64,000 nucleotides of DNA from the human T2T-CHM13v2.0 reference genome, Homo sapiens. Below, piece by piece: positions 24,460 through 39,400 of this stretch. The notes under the pieces are model-generated. The model saw nothing but the letters and a program-made list of their open reading frames with translations. It was not told the DNA's origin and made no database searches. A program made the translations under genes and the position numbers. Where the stretch lies: NCBI RefSeq assembly GCF_009914755.1, contig NC_060925.1; one strand, written 5' to 3'. Within the stretch, counting starts at the first letter, position 1. Each line of letters begins with the position of its first letter.

Positions 24460-27400
24460 TCAGTAACTTCCTTGTGTTGTGTGTATTCAACTCACAGAGT
24501 TGAACGATCCTTTACACAGAGAAGACTTGAAACACTCTTTTTGTGGAATTTGCAAGTGGAGATTTCAGCCGCTTTGAGGTCAATGGTAGAAAAGGAAACT
24601 ATCTTCATATAAAGACTAGACAGAATGATTCTCAGAAAATCTTTTGTGATGTGTGCGTTCAACTCACAGAGTTTAACTTTTCTTCTCATAGAGCAGTTAG
24701 GAAACACTCTGTTTGTAAAGTCTGCAAGTGGATATTCAGACCTCTTTGAGGCCTTCGTTGGAAACGGGATTTCTTCATATTATGCTAGACAGAATAATTC
24801 TCAGTAACTTCCTTGTGTTGTGTGTAGTCAACTCACAGAGTTGAAGGATCCTTTACAGAGAGCAGGCTTGAAACACTCTTTTTGTCGAATTTGCAAGTGG
24901 AGATTTCAGCCGCTTTGAGGTCAATGGTAGAATAGGAAATATCTTCTTATAGAAACTAGACAAAATGATTCTCATGAACTCCTTTGTGATGTGTGCGTTC
25001 AACTCACAGAGTTTAACCTTTCTTTTCATAGAGCAGTTAGGAAACACTCTGTTTGTAAAGTCTGCAAGTGGATATTCAGACCTCCTTGAGGCCTTCGTTG
25101 GAAACGGGATTTCTTCATATTCTGCTAGACAGAAGAATTCTCATTAACTTCCTTGTGTTGTGTTTATTCAACTCACAGAGTTGAATGATCCTTTACACAG
25201 AGCAGACTTGAAACACTCTTTTTGTGGAATTTGCAAGTGGAGATTTCAGCCGCTTTGAGGTCAATGGTAGAAAAGTAAATATCTTCGTATAAAGACTAGA
25301 CAGAATGATTCTCAGAAACTCCTTTGTGATGTGTGCGTTCAACTCACAGAGTTTAACCTTTCTGTTCATAGAGCAGTTAGGAAACACTCTGTTTGTAAAG
25401 TCTGCAAGTGGATATTCAGACCTCCTTGAGGCCTTCGTTGGAAACGGGATTTCTTCATATTCTGCTAGACAGAAGAATTCTCAGTAACTTCCTTGTGTTG
25501 TGTGTATTCAACTCACAGAGTTGAACGATCCTTTACACAGAGCAGACTTGAAACACTCTTTTTGTGGAATTTGCAAGTGGAGATTTCAGCCGCTTTGAGG
25601 TCAATAGTAGAAAAGGAAATATCTTCGTAGAAAAACTAGACAGAATGATTCTCAGAAACTCCTTTGTGAAGTGTGCGTTCAACTCACAGAGTTTAACCTT
25701 TCTTTTCATAGAGCAGTTAGTAAACACTCTGTTTATAAAGTCTGCAAGTGGATATTCAGACCCCTTTGAGGCCTTCGTTGGAAACGGGATTTCTTCATAT
25801 TATGCTAGACAGAAGAATTCTCAGTAACTTCCTTGTGTTGTGTGTATTCAACTGACAGAGTTGAACTTTCATTTAGAGAGAGCAGATTTGAAACACTGTT
25901 TTTGTGGAATTTGCAAGTGGAGATTTCAAGCGCTTTGGGGCCAAAGGCAGAAAAGGAAATATCTTCGTATAAAAACTAGACAGAATCATTCTCAGAAACT
26001 GCTGCGTGATGTGTGCGTTCAACTCTCAGAGTTTAACTTTTCTTTTCATTCAGCGGTTTGGAAACACTCTGTTTGTAAAGTCTGCACGTGGATATTTTGA
26101 CCACTTAGAGGCCTTCGTTGGAAACGGGTTTTTTTCATGTAAGGCTAGACAGAAGAATTCCCAGTAACTTCCTTGTGTTGTGTGCATTCAACTCACAGAG
26201 TTGAACGTTCCCTTAGACAGAGCAGATTTGAAACACTCTATTTGTGCAATTTGCAAGTGTAGATTTCAAGCGCTTTAAGGTCAACGGCAGAAAAGGAAAT
26301 ATCTTCGTTTCAAAACTAGACAGAATCATTCCCACAAACTGCGTTGTGATGTGTTCGTTCAACTCACAGAGTTTAACCTTTCTGTTCATAGAGCAGTTAG
26401 GAAACACTCTGTTTGTAAAGTCTGTAAGTGGATATTCTGACATCTTGTGGCCTTCGTTGGAAACGGGATTTCTTCATATTCTGCTAGACAGAAGAATTCT
26501 CAGTAACTTCCTTGTGTTGTGTGTATTCAACTCACAGAGTTGAACTATCCTTTACACAGAGCAGACTTGAAACACTCTTTTTGTGGAATTTGCAAGTGGA
26601 GATTTCAGCCGCTTTGAGGTCAATGGTAGAAAAGTAAATATCTTCGTATAAAGACTAGACAGAATGATTCTCAGAAACTCCTTTGTGATGTGTGCGTTCA
26701 ACTCACAGAGTTTAACCTTTCTGTTCATAGAGCAGTTAGGAAACACTCTGTTTGTAATGTCTGCAAGTGGATATTCAGACCTCCTTGAGGCCTTCGTTGG
26801 AAACGGGATTTCTTCATATTCTGCTAGACAGAAGAATTCTCAGTAACTTCCTTGTGTTGTGTGTATTCAACTCACAGAGTTGAACGATCCTTTACACAGA
26901 GCAGACTTGAAACACTCTTTTTGTGGAATTTGCAAGTGGAGATTTCAGCCGCTTTGAGGTCAATGGTAGAAAAGGAAACTATCTTCATATAAAGACTAGA
27001 CTGAATGATTCTCAGAAAATCTTTTGTGATGTGTGCGTTCAACTCACAGAGTTTAACTTTTCTTCTCATAGAGCAGTTAGGAAACACTCTGTTTGTAAAG
27101 TCTGCAAGTGGATATTCAGACCTCTTTGAGGCCTTCGTTGGAAACGGGATTTCTTCATATTATGCTAGACAGAATAATTCTCAGTAACTTCCTTGTGTTG
27201 TGTGTATTCAACTGACAGAGTTGAAGGATCCTTTACAGAGAGCAGGCTTGAAACACTCTTTTTGTCGAATTTGCAAGTGGAGATTTCAGCCGCTTTGAGG
27301 TCAATGGTAGAATAGGAAATATCTTCTTATAGAAACTAGACAAAATGATTCTCATGAACTCCTTTGTGATGTGTGCGTTCAACTCACAGAGTTTAACCTT

Positions 27401-30400
27401 TCTTTTCATAGAGCAGTTAGGAAACACTCTGTTTGTAAAGTCTGCAAGTGGATATTCAGACCTCCTTGAGGCCTTCGTTGGAAACGGGATTTCTTCATAT
27501 TCTGCTAGACAGAAGAATTCTCAGTAACTTCCTTGTGTTGTGTTTATTCAACTCACAGAGTTGAATGATCCTTTACACAGAGCAGACTTGAAACACTCTT
27601 TTTGTGGAATTTGCAAGTGGAGATTTCAGCCGCTTTGAGGTCAATGGTAGAAAAGTAAATATCTTCGTATAAAGACTAGACAGAATGATTCTCAGAAACT
27701 CCTTTGTGATGTGTGCGTTCAACTCACAGAGTTTAACCTTTCTGTTCATAGAGCAGTTAGGAAACACTCTGTTTGTAAAGTCTGCAAGTGGATATTCAGA
27801 CCTCCTTGAGGCCTTCGTTGGAAACGGGATTTCTTGCTATTCTGCTAGACAGAAGAATTCTCAGTAACTTCCTTGTGTTGTGTGTATTCAACTCACAGAG
27901 TTGAACGATCCTTTACACAGAGCAGACTTGAAACACTCTTTTTGTGGAATTTGCAAGTGGAGATTTCAGCCGCTTTGAGGTCAATAGTAGAAAAGGAAAT
28001 ATCTTCGTAGAAAAACTAGACAGAATGATTCTCAGAAACTCCTTTGTGAAGTGTGTGTTCAACTCACAGAGTTTAACCTTTCTTTTCATAGAGCAGTTAG
28101 TAAACACTCTGTTTATAAAGTCTGCATGTGGATATTCAGACCCCTTTGAGGCCTTCGTTGGAAACGGGATTTCTTCATATTATGCTAGACAGAAGAATTC
28201 TCAGTAACTTCCTTGTGTTGTGTGTATTCAACTGACAGAGTTGAACTTTCATTTAGAGAGAGCAGATTTGAAACACTGTTTTTGTGGAATTTGCAAGTGG
28301 AGATTTCAAGCGCTTTGGGGCCAAAGGCAGAAAAGGAAATATCTTCGTATAAAAACTAGACAGAATCATTCTCAGAAACTGCTGCGTGATGTGTGCGTTC
28401 AACTCTCAGAGTTTAACTTTTCTTTTCATTCAGCGGTTTGGAAACACTCTGTTTGTAAAGTCTGCACGTGGATATTTTGACCACTTAGAGGCCTTCGTTG
28501 GAAACGGGTTTTTTTCATGTAAGGCTAGACAGAAGAATTCCCAGTAACTTCCTTGTGTTGTGTGCATTCAACTCACAGAGTTGAACGTTCCCTTAGACAG
28601 AGCAGATTTGAAACACTCTATTTGTGCAATTTGCAAGTGTAGATTTCAAGCGCTTTAAGGTCAACGGCAGAAAAGGAAATATCTTCGTTTCAAAACTAGA
28701 CAGAATCATTCCCACAAACTGCGTTGTGATGTGTTCGTTCAACTCACAGAGTTTAACCTTTCTGTTCATAGAGCAGTTAGGAAACACTCTGTTTGTAAAG
28801 TCTGTAAGTGGATATTCTGACATCTTGTGGCCTTCGTTGGAAACGGGATTTCTTCATATTCTGCTAGACAGAAGAATTCTCAGTAACTTCCTTGTGTTGT
28901 GTGTATTCAACTCACAGAGTTGAACGATCCTTTACACAGAGCAGACTTGAAACACTCTTTTTGTGGAATTTGCAAGTGGAGATTTCAGCCGCTTTGAGGT
29001 CAATGGTAGAAAAGTAAATATCTTCGTATAAAGACTAGACAGAATGATTCTCAGAAACTCCTTTGTGATGTGTGCGTTCAACTCACAGAGTTTAACCTTT
29101 CTGTTCATAGAGCAGTTAGGAAACACTCTGTTTGTAATGTCTGCAAGTGGATATTCAGACCTCCTTGAGGCCTTCGTTGGAAACGGGATTTCTTCATATT
29201 CTGCTAGACAGAAGAATTCTCAGTAACTTCCTTGTGTTGTGTGTATTCAACTCACAGAGTTGAACGATCCTTTACACAGAGCAGACTTGAAACACTCTTT
29301 TTGTGGAATTTGCAAGTGGAGATTTCAGCCGCTTTGAGGTCAATGGTAGAAAAGGAAACTATCTTCATATAAAGACTAGACTGAATGATTCTCAGAAAAT
29401 CTTTTGTGATGTGTGCGTTCAACTCACAGAGTTTAACTTTTCTTCTCATAGAGCAGTTAGGAAACACTCTGTTTGTAAAGTCTGCAAGTGGATATTCCGA
29501 CCTCTTTGAGGCCTTCGTTGGAAACGGGATTTCTTCATATTATGCTAGACAGAATAATTCTCAGTAACTTCCTTGTGTTGTGTGTATTCAACTGACAGAG
29601 TTGAAGGATCCTTTACAGAGAGCAGGCTTGAAACACTCTTTTTGTCGAATTTGCAAGTGGAGATTTCAGCCGCTTTGAGGTCAATGGTAGAATAGGAAAT
29701 ATCTTCTTATAGAAACTAGACAAAATGATTCTCATGAACTCCTTTGTGATGTGTGCGTTCAACTCACAGAGTTTAACCTTTCTTTTCATAGAGCAGTTAG
29801 GAAACACTCTGTTTGTAAAGTCTGCAAGTGGATATTCAGACCTCCTTGAGGCCTTCATTGGAAACGGGATTTCTTCATATTCTGCTAGACAGAAGAATTC
29901 TCAGTAACTTCCTTGTGTTGTGTTTATTCAACTCACAGAGTTGAATGATCCTTTACACAGAGCAGACTTGAAACACTCTTTTTGTGGAATTTGCAAGTGG
30001 AGATTTCAGCCGCTTTGAGGTCAATGGTAGAAAAGTAAATATCTTCGTATAAAGACTAGACAGAATGATTCTCAGAAACTCCTTTGTGATGTGTGCGTTC
30101 AACTCACAGAGTTTAACCTTTCTGTTCATAGAGCAGTTAGGAAACACTCTGTTTGTAAAGTCTGCAAGTGGATATTCAGACCTCCTTGAGGCCTTCGTTG
30201 GAAACGGGATTTCTTCATATTCTGCTAGACAGAAGAATTCTCAGTAACTTCCTTGTGTTGTGTGTATTCAACTCACAGAGTTGAACGATCCTTTACACAG
30301 AGCAGACTTGAAACACTCTTTTTGTGGAATTTGCAAGTGGAGATTTCAGCCGCTTTGAGGTCAATAGTAGAAAAGGAAATATCTTCGTAGAAAAACTAGA

Positions 30401-33400
30401 CAGAATGATTCTCAGAAACTCCTTTGTGATGTGTGTGTTCAACTCACAGAGTTTAACCTTTCTTTTCATAGAGCAGTTAGTAAACACTCTGTTTATAAAG
30501 TCTGCAAGTGGATATTCAGACCCCTTTGAGGCCTTCGTTGGAAACGGGATTTCTTCATATTCTGCTAGACAGAAGAATTCTCAGTAACTTCCTTGTGTTG
30601 TGTGTATTCAACTGACAGAGTTGAACTTTCATTTGGAGAGAGCAGATTTGAAACACTGTTTTTGTGGAATTTGCAAGTGGAGATTTCAAGCGCTCTGGGG
30701 CCAAAGGCAGAAAAGGAAATATCTTCGTATAAAAACTAGACAGAATCATTCTCAGAAACTGCTGCGTGATGTGTGCGTTCAACTCTCAGAGTTTAACTTT
30801 TCTTTTCATTCAGCGGTTTGGAAACACTCTGTTTGTAAAGTCTGCACGTGGATATTTTGACCACTTAGAGGCCTTCGTTGGAAACGGGTTTTTTTCATGT
30901 AAGGCTAGACAGAAGAATTCCCAGTAACTTCCTTGTGTTGTGTGCATTCAACTCACAGAGTTGAACGTTCCCTTAGACAGAGCAGATTTGAAACACTCTA
31001 TTTGTGCAATTTGCAAGTGTAGATTTCAAGCGCTTTAAGGTCAACGGCAGAAAAGGAAATATCTTCGTTTCAAAACTAGACAGAATCATTCCCACAAACT
31101 GCGTTGTGATGTGTTCATTCAACTCACAGAGTTTAACCTTTCTGTTCATAGAGCAGTTAGGAAACACTCTGTTTGTAAAGTCTGTAAGTGGATATTCTGA
31201 CATCTTGTGGCCTTCGTTGGAAACGGGATTTCTTCATATTCTGCTAGACAGAAGAATTCTCAGTAACTTCCTTGTGTTGTGTGTATTCAACTCACAGAGT
31301 TGAACGATCCTTTACACAGAGCAGACTTGAAACACTCTTTTTGTGGAATTTGCAAGTGGAGATTTCAGCCGCTTTGAGGTCAATGGTAGAAAAGGAAACT
31401 ATCTTCATATAAAGACTAGACAGAATGATTCTCAGAAAATCTTTTCTGATGTGTGCGTTCAACTCACAGAGTTTAACTTTTCTTCTCATAGAGCAGTTAG
31501 GAAACACTCTGTTTGTAAAGTCTGCAAGTGTATATTCAGACCTCTTTGAGGCCTTCGTTGGAAACGGGATTTCTTCATATTATGCTAGGCAGAATAATTC
31601 TCAGTAACTTCCTTGTGTTGTGTGTATTCAACTCACAGAGTTGAAGGATCCTTTACAGAGAGCTGGCTTGAAACACTCTTTTTGTCGAATTTGCAAGTGG
31701 AGATTTCAGCCGCTTTGAGGTCAATGGTAGAATAGGAAATATCTTCTTATAGAAACTAGACAAAATGATTCTCATGAACTCCTTTGTGATGTGTGCGTTC
31801 AACTCACAGAGTTTAACCTTTCTTTTCATAGAGCAGTTAGGAAACACTCTGTTTGTAAAGTCTGCAAGTGGATATTCAGACCTCCTTGAGGCCTTCGTTG
31901 GAAACGGGATTTCTTCATATTCTGCTAGACAGAAGAATTCTCATTAACTTCCTTGTGTTGTGTTTATTCAACTCACAGAGTTGAATGATCCTTTACACAG
32001 AGCAGACTTGAAACACTCTTTTTGTGGAATTTGCAAGTGGAGATTTCAGCCGCTTTGAGGTCAATGGTAGAAAAGTAAATATCTTCGTATAAAGACTAGA
32101 CAGAATGATTCTCAGAAACTCCTTTGTGATGTGTGCGTTCAACTCACAGAGTTTAACCTTACTGTTCATAGAGCAGTTAGGAAACACTCTGTTTGTAAAG
32201 TCTGCAAGTGGATATTCAGACCTCCTTGAGGCCTTCGTTGGAAACGGGATTTCTTCATATTCTGCTAGACAGAAGAATTCTCAGTAACTTCCTTGTGTTG
32301 TGTGTATTCAACTCACAGAGTTGAACGATCCTTTACACAGAGCAGACTTGAAACACTCTTTTTGTGGAATTTGCAAGTGGAGATTTCAGCCGCTTTGAGG
32401 TCAATGGTAGAAAAGGAAACTATCTTCATATAAAGACTAGACAGAATGATTCTCAGAAAATCTTTTCTGATGTGTGCGTTCAACTCACAGAGTTTAACTT
32501 TTCTTCTCATAGAGCAGTTAGGAAACACTCTGTTTGTAAAGTCTGCAAGTGTATATTCAGACCTCTTTGAGGCCTTCGTTGGAAACGGGATTTCTTCATA
32601 TTATGCTAGGCAGAATAATTCTCAGTAACTTCCTTGTGTTGTGTGTATTCAACTCACAGAGTTGAAGGATCCTTTACAGAGAGCTGGCTTGAAACACTCT
32701 TTTTGTCGAATTTGCAAGTGGAGATTTCAGCCGCTTTGAGGTCAATGGTAGAATAGGAAATATCTTCTTATAGAAACTAGACAAAATGATTCTCATGAAC
32801 TCCTTTGTGATGTGTGCGTTCAACTCACAGAGTTTAACCTTTCTTTTCATAGAGCAGTTAGGAAACACTCTGTTTGTAAAGTCTGCAAGTGGATATTCAG
32901 ACCTCCTTGAGGCCTTCGTTGGAAACGGGATTTCTTCATATTCTGCTAGACAGAAGAATTCTCATTAACTTCCTTGTGTTGTGTTTATTCAACTCACAGA
33001 GTTGAATGATCCTTTACACAGAGCAGACTTGAAACACTCTTTTTGTGGAATTTGCAAGTGGAGATTTCAGCCGCTTTGAGGTCAATGGTAGAAAAGTAAA
33101 TATCTTCGTATAAAGACTAGACAGAATGATTCTCAGAAACTCCTTTGTGATGTGTGCGTTCAACTCACAGAGTTTAACCTTACTGTTCATAGAGCAGTTA
33201 GGAAACACTCTGTTTGTAAAGTCTGCAAGTGGATATTCAGACCTCCTTGAGGCCTTCGTTGGAAACGGGATTTCTTCATATTCTGCTAGACAGAAGAATT
33301 CTCAGTAACTTCCTTGTGTTGTGTGTATTCAACTCACAGAGTTGAACGATCCTTTACACAGAGCAGACTTGAAACACTCTTTTTGTGGAATTTGCAAGTG

Positions 33401-36400
33401 GAGATTTCAGCCGCTTTGAGGTCAATAGTAGAAAAGGAAATATCTTCGTAGAAAAACTAGACAGAATGATTCTCAGAAACTCCTTTGTGATGTGTGCGTT
33501 CAACTCACAGAGTTTAACCTTTCTTTTCATAGAGCAGTTAGTAAACACTCTGTTTATAAAGTCTGCAAGTGGATATTCAGACCCCTTTGAGGCCTTCGTT
33601 GGAAACGGGATTTCTTCATATTATGCTAGACAGAAGAATTCTCAGTAACTTCCTTGTGTTGTGTGTATTCAACTGACAGAGTTGAACTTTCATTTAGAGA
33701 GAGCAGATTTGAAACACTGTTTTTGTGGAATTTGCAAGTGGAGATTTCAAGCGCTTTGGGGCCAAAGGCAGAAAAGGAAATATCTTCGTATAAAAACTAG
33801 ACAGAATCATTCTCAGAAACTGCTGCGTGATGTGTGCGTTCAACTCTCAGAGTTTAACTTTTCTTTTCATTCAGCGGTTTGGAAACACTCTGTTTGTAAA
33901 GTCTGCACGTGGATATTTTGACCACTTAGAGGCCTTCGTTGGAAACGGGTTTTTTTCATGTAAGGCTAGACAGAAGAATTCCCAGTAACTTCCTTGTGTT
34001 GTGTGCATTCAACTCACAGAGTTGAACGTTCCCTTAGACAGAGCAGATTTGAAACACTCTATTTGTGCAATTTGCAAGTGTAGATTTCAAGCGCTTTAAG
34101 GTCAACGGCAGAAAAGGAAATATCTTCGTTTCAAAACTAGACAGAATCATTCCCACAAACTGCGTTGTGATGTGTTCGTTCAACTCACAGAGTTTAACCT
34201 TTCTGTTCATAGAGCAGTTAGGAAACACTCTGTTTGTAAAGTCTGTAAGTGGATATTCTGATATCTTGTGGCCTTCGTTGGAAACGGGATTTCTTCATAT
34301 TCTGCTAGACAGAAGAATTCTCAGTAACTTCCTTGTGTTGTGTGTATTCAACTCACAGAGTTGAACGATCCTTTACACAGAGCAGACTTGAAACACTCTT
34401 TTTGTGGAATTTGCAAGTGGAGATTTCAGCCGCTTTGAGGTCAATGGTAGAAAAGGAAACTATCTTCATATAAAGACTAGACAGAATGATTCTCAGAAAA
34501 TCTTTTGTGATGTGTGCGTTCAACTCACAGAGTTTAACTTTTCTTCTCATAGAGCAGTTAGGAAACACTCTGTTTGTAAAGTCTGCAAGTGGATATTCAG
34601 ACCTCTTTGAGGCCTTCGTTGGAAACGGGATTTCTTCATATTATGCTAGACAGAATAATTCTCAGTAACTTCCTTGTGTTGTGTGTAGTCAACTCACAGA
34701 GTTGAAGGATCCTTTACAGAGAGCAGGCTTGAAACACTCTTTTTGTCGAATTTGCAAGTGGAGATTTCAGCCGCTTTGAGGTCAATGGTAGAATAGGAAA
34801 TATCTTCTTATAGAAACTAGACAAAATGATTCTCATGAACTCCTTTGTGATGTGTGCGTTCAACTCACAGAGTTTAACCTTTCTTTTCATAGAGCAGTTA
34901 GGAAACACTCTGTTTGTAAAGTCTGCAAGTGGATATTCAGACCTCCTTGAGGCCTTCGTTGGAAACGGGATTTCTTCATATTCTGCTAGACAGAAGAATT
35001 CTCATTAACTTCCTTGTGTTGTGTTTATTCAACTCACAGAGTTGAATGATCCTTTACACAGAGCAGACTTGAAACACTCTTTTTGTGGAATTTGCAAGTG
35101 GAGATTTCAGCCGCTTTGAGGTCAATGGTAGAAAAGTAAATATCTTCGTATAAAGACTAGACAGAATGATTCTCAGAAACTCCTTTGTGATGTGTGCGTT
35201 CAACTCACAGAGTTTAACCTTTCTGTTCATAGAGCAGTTAGGAAACACTCTGTTTGTAAAGTCTGCAAGTGGATATTCAGACCTCCTTGAGGCCTTCGTT
35301 GGAAACGGGATTTCTTCATATTCTGCTAGACAGAAGAATTCTCAGTAACTTCCTTGTGTTGTGTGTATTCAACTCACAGAGTTGAACGATCCTTTACACA
35401 GAGCAGACTTGAAACACTCTTTTTGTGGAATTTGCAAGTGGAGATTTCAGCCGCTTTGAGGTCAATAGTAGAAAAGGAAATATCTTCGTAGAAAAACTAG
35501 ACAGAATGATTCTCAGAAACTCCTTTGTGAAGTGTGCGTTCAACTCACAGAGTTTAACCTTTCTTTTCATAGAGCAGTTAGTAAACACTCTGTTTATAAA
35601 GTCTGCAAGTGGATATTCAGACCCCTTTGAGGCCTTCGTTGGAAACGGGATTTCTTCATATTATGCTAGACAGAAGAATTCTCAGTAACTTCCTTGTGTT
35701 GTGTGTATTCAACTGACAGAGTTGAACTTTCATTTAGAGAGAGCAGATTTGAAACACTGTTTTTGTGGAATTTGCAAGTGGAGATTTCAAGCGCTTTGGG
35801 GCCAAAGGCAGAAAAGGAAATATCTTCGTATAAAAACTAGACAGAATCATTCTCAGAAACTGCTGCGTGATGTGTGCGTTCAACTCTCAGAGTTTAACTT
35901 TTCTTTTCATTCAGCGGTTTGGAAACACTCTGTTTGTAAAGTCTGCACGTGGATATTTTGACCACTTAGAGGCCTTCGTTGGAAACGGGTTTTTTTCATG
36001 TAAGGCTAGACAGAAGAATTCCCAGTAACTTCCTTGTGTTGTGTGCATTCAACTCACAGAGTTGAACGTTCCCTTAGACAGAGCAGATTTGAAACACTCT
36101 ATTTGTGCAATTTGCAAGTGTAGATTTCAAGCGCTTTAAGGTCAACGGCAGAAAAGGAAATATCTTCGTTTCAAAACTAGACAGAATCATTCCCACAAAC
36201 TGCGTTGTGATGTGTTCGTTCAACTCACAGAGTTTAACCTTTCTGTTCATAGAGCAGTTAGGAAACACTCTGTTTGTAAAGTCTGTAAGTGGATATTCTG
36301 ACATCTTGTGGCCTTCGTTGGAAACGGGATTTCTTCATATTCTGCTAGACAGAAGAATTCTCAGTAACTTCCTTGTGTTGTGTGTATTCAACTCACAGAG

Positions 36401-39400
36401 TTGAACGATCCTTTACACAGAGCAGACTTGAAACACTCTTTTTGTGGAATTTGCAAGTGGAGATTTCAGCCGCTTTGAGGTCAATGGTAGAAAAGTAAAT
36501 ATCTTCGTATAAAGACTAGACAGAATGATTCTCAGAAACTCCTTTGTGATGTGTGCGTTCAACTCACAGAGTTTAACCTTTCTGTTCATAGAGCAGTTAG
36601 GAAACACTCTGTTTGTAATGTCTGCAAGTGGATATTCAGACCTCCTTGAGGCCTTCGTTGGAAACGGGATTTCTTCATATTCTGCTAGACAGAAGAATTC
36701 TCAGTAACTTCCTTGTGTTGTGTGTATTCAACTCACAGAGTTGAACGATCCTTTACACAGAGCAGACTTGAAACACTCTTTTTGTGGAATTTGCAAGTGG
36801 AGATTTCAGCCGCTTTGAGGTCAATGGTAGAAAAGGAAACTATCTTCATATAAAGACTAGACTGAATGATTCTCAGAAAATCTTTTGTGATGTGTGCGTT
36901 CAACTCACAGAGTTTAACTTTTCTTCTCATAGAGCAGTTAGGAAACACTCTGTTTGTAAAGTCTGCAAGTGGATATTCAGACCTCTTTGAGGCCTTCGTT
37001 GGAAACGGGATTTCTTCATATTATGCTAGACAGAATAATTCTCAGTAACTTCCTTGTGTTGTGTGTATTCAACTGACAGAGTTGAAGGATCCTTTACAGA
37101 GAGCAGGCTTGAAACACTCTTTTTGTCGAATTTGCAAGTGGAGATTTCAGCCGCTTTGAGGTCAATGGTAGAATAGGAAATATCTTCTTATAGAAACTAG
37201 ACAAAATGATTCTCATGAACTCCTTTGTGATGTGTGCGTTCAACTCACAGAGTTTAACCTTTCTTTTCATAGAGCAGTTAGGAAACACTCTGTTTGTAAA
37301 GTCTGCAAGTGGATATTCAGACCTCCTTGAGGCCTTCGTTGGAAACGGGATTTCTTCATATTCTGCTAGACAGAAGAATTCTCAGTAACTTCCTTGTGTT
37401 GTGTTTATTCAACTCACAGAGTTGAATGATCCTTTACACAGAGCAGACTTGAAACACTCTTTTTGTGGAATTTGCAAGTGGAGATTTCAGCCGCTTTGAG
37501 GTCAATGGTAGAAAAGTAAATATCTTCGTATAAAGACTAGACAGAACGATTCTCAGAAACTCCTTTGTGATGTGTGCGTTCAACTCACAGAGTTTAACCT
37601 TTCTGTTCATAGAGCAGTTAGGAAACACTCTGTTTGTAAAGTCTGCAAGTGGATATTCAGACCTCCTTGAGGCCTTCGTTGGAAACGGGATTTCTTGCTA
37701 TTCTGCTAGACAGAAGAATTCTCAGTAACTTCCTTGTGTTGTGTGTATTCAACTCACAGAGTTGAACGATCCTTTACACAGAGCAGACTTGAAACACTCT
37801 TTTTGTGGAATTTGCAAGTGGAGATTTCAGCCGCTTTGAGGTCAATAGTAGAAAAGGAAATATCTTCGTAGAAAAACTAGACAGAATGATTCTCAGAAAC
37901 TCCTTTGTGAAGTGTGCGTTCAACTCACAGAGTTTAACCTTTCTTTTCATAGAGCAGTTAGTAAACACTCTGTTTATAAAGTCTGCATGTGGATATTCAG
38001 ACCCCTTTGAGGCCTTCGTTGGAAACGGGATTTCTTCATATTATGCTAGACAGAAGAATTCTCAGTAACTTCCTTGTGTTGTGTGTATTCAACTGACAGA
38101 GTTGAACTTTCATTTAGAGAGAGCAGATTTGAAACACTGTTTTTGTGGAATTTGCAAGTGGAGATTTCAAGCGCTTTGGGGCCAAAGGCAGAAAAGGAAA
38201 TATCTTCGTATAAAAACTAGACAGAATCATTCTCAGAAACTGCTGCGTGATGTGTGCGTTCAACTCTCAGAGTTTAACTTTTCTTTTCATTCAGCGGTTT
38301 GGAAACACTCTGTTTGTAAAGTCTGCACGTGGATATTTTGACCACTTAGAGGCCTTCGTTGGAAACGGGTTTTTTTCATGTAAGGCTAGACAGAAGAATT
38401 CCCAGTAACTTCCTTGTGTTGTGTGCATTCAACTCACAGAGTTGAACGTTCCCTTAGACAGAGCAGATTTGAAACACTCTATTTGTGCAATTTGCAAGTG
38501 TAGATTTCAAGCGCTTTAAGGTCAACGGCAGAAAAGGAAATATCTTCGTTTCAAAACTAGACAGAATCATTCCCACAAACTGCGTTGTGATGTGTTCGTT
38601 CAACTCACAGAGTTTAACCTTTCTGTTCATAGAGCAGTTAGGAAACACTCTGTTTGTAAAGTCTGTAAGTGGATATTCTGACATCTTGTGGCCTTCGTTG
38701 GAAACGGGATTTCTTCATATTCTGCTAGACAGAAGAATTCTCAGTAACTTCCTTGTGTTGTGTGTATTCAACTCACAGAGTTGAACGATCCTTTACACAG
38801 AGCAGACTTGAAACACTCTTTTTGTGGAATTTGCAAGTGGAGATTTCAGCCGCTTTGAGGTCAATGGTAGAAAAGTAAATATCTTCGTATAAAGACTAGA
38901 CAGAATGATTCTCAGAAACTCCTTTGTGATGTGTGCGTTCAACTCACAGAGTTTAACCTTTCTGTTCATAGAGCAGTTAGGAAACACTCTGTTTGTAATG
39001 TCTGCAAGTGGATATTCAGACCTCCTTGAGGCCTTCGTTGGAAACGGGATTTCTTCATATTCTGCTAGACAGAAGAATTCTCAGTAACTTCCTTGTGTTG
39101 TGTGTATTCAACTCACAGAGTTGAACGATCCTTTACACAGAGCAGACTTGAAACACTCTTTTTGTGGAATTTGCAAGTGGAGATTTCAGCCGCTTTGAGG
39201 TCAATGGTAGAAAAGGAAACTATCTTCATATAAAGACTAGACTGAATGATTCTCAGAAAATCTTTTGTGATGTGTGCGTTCAACTCACAGAGTTTAACTT
39301 TTCTTCTCATAGAGCAGTTAGGAAACACTCTGTTTGTAAAGTCTGCAAGTGGATATTCCGACCTCTTTGAGGCCTTCGTTGGAAACGGGATTTCTTCATA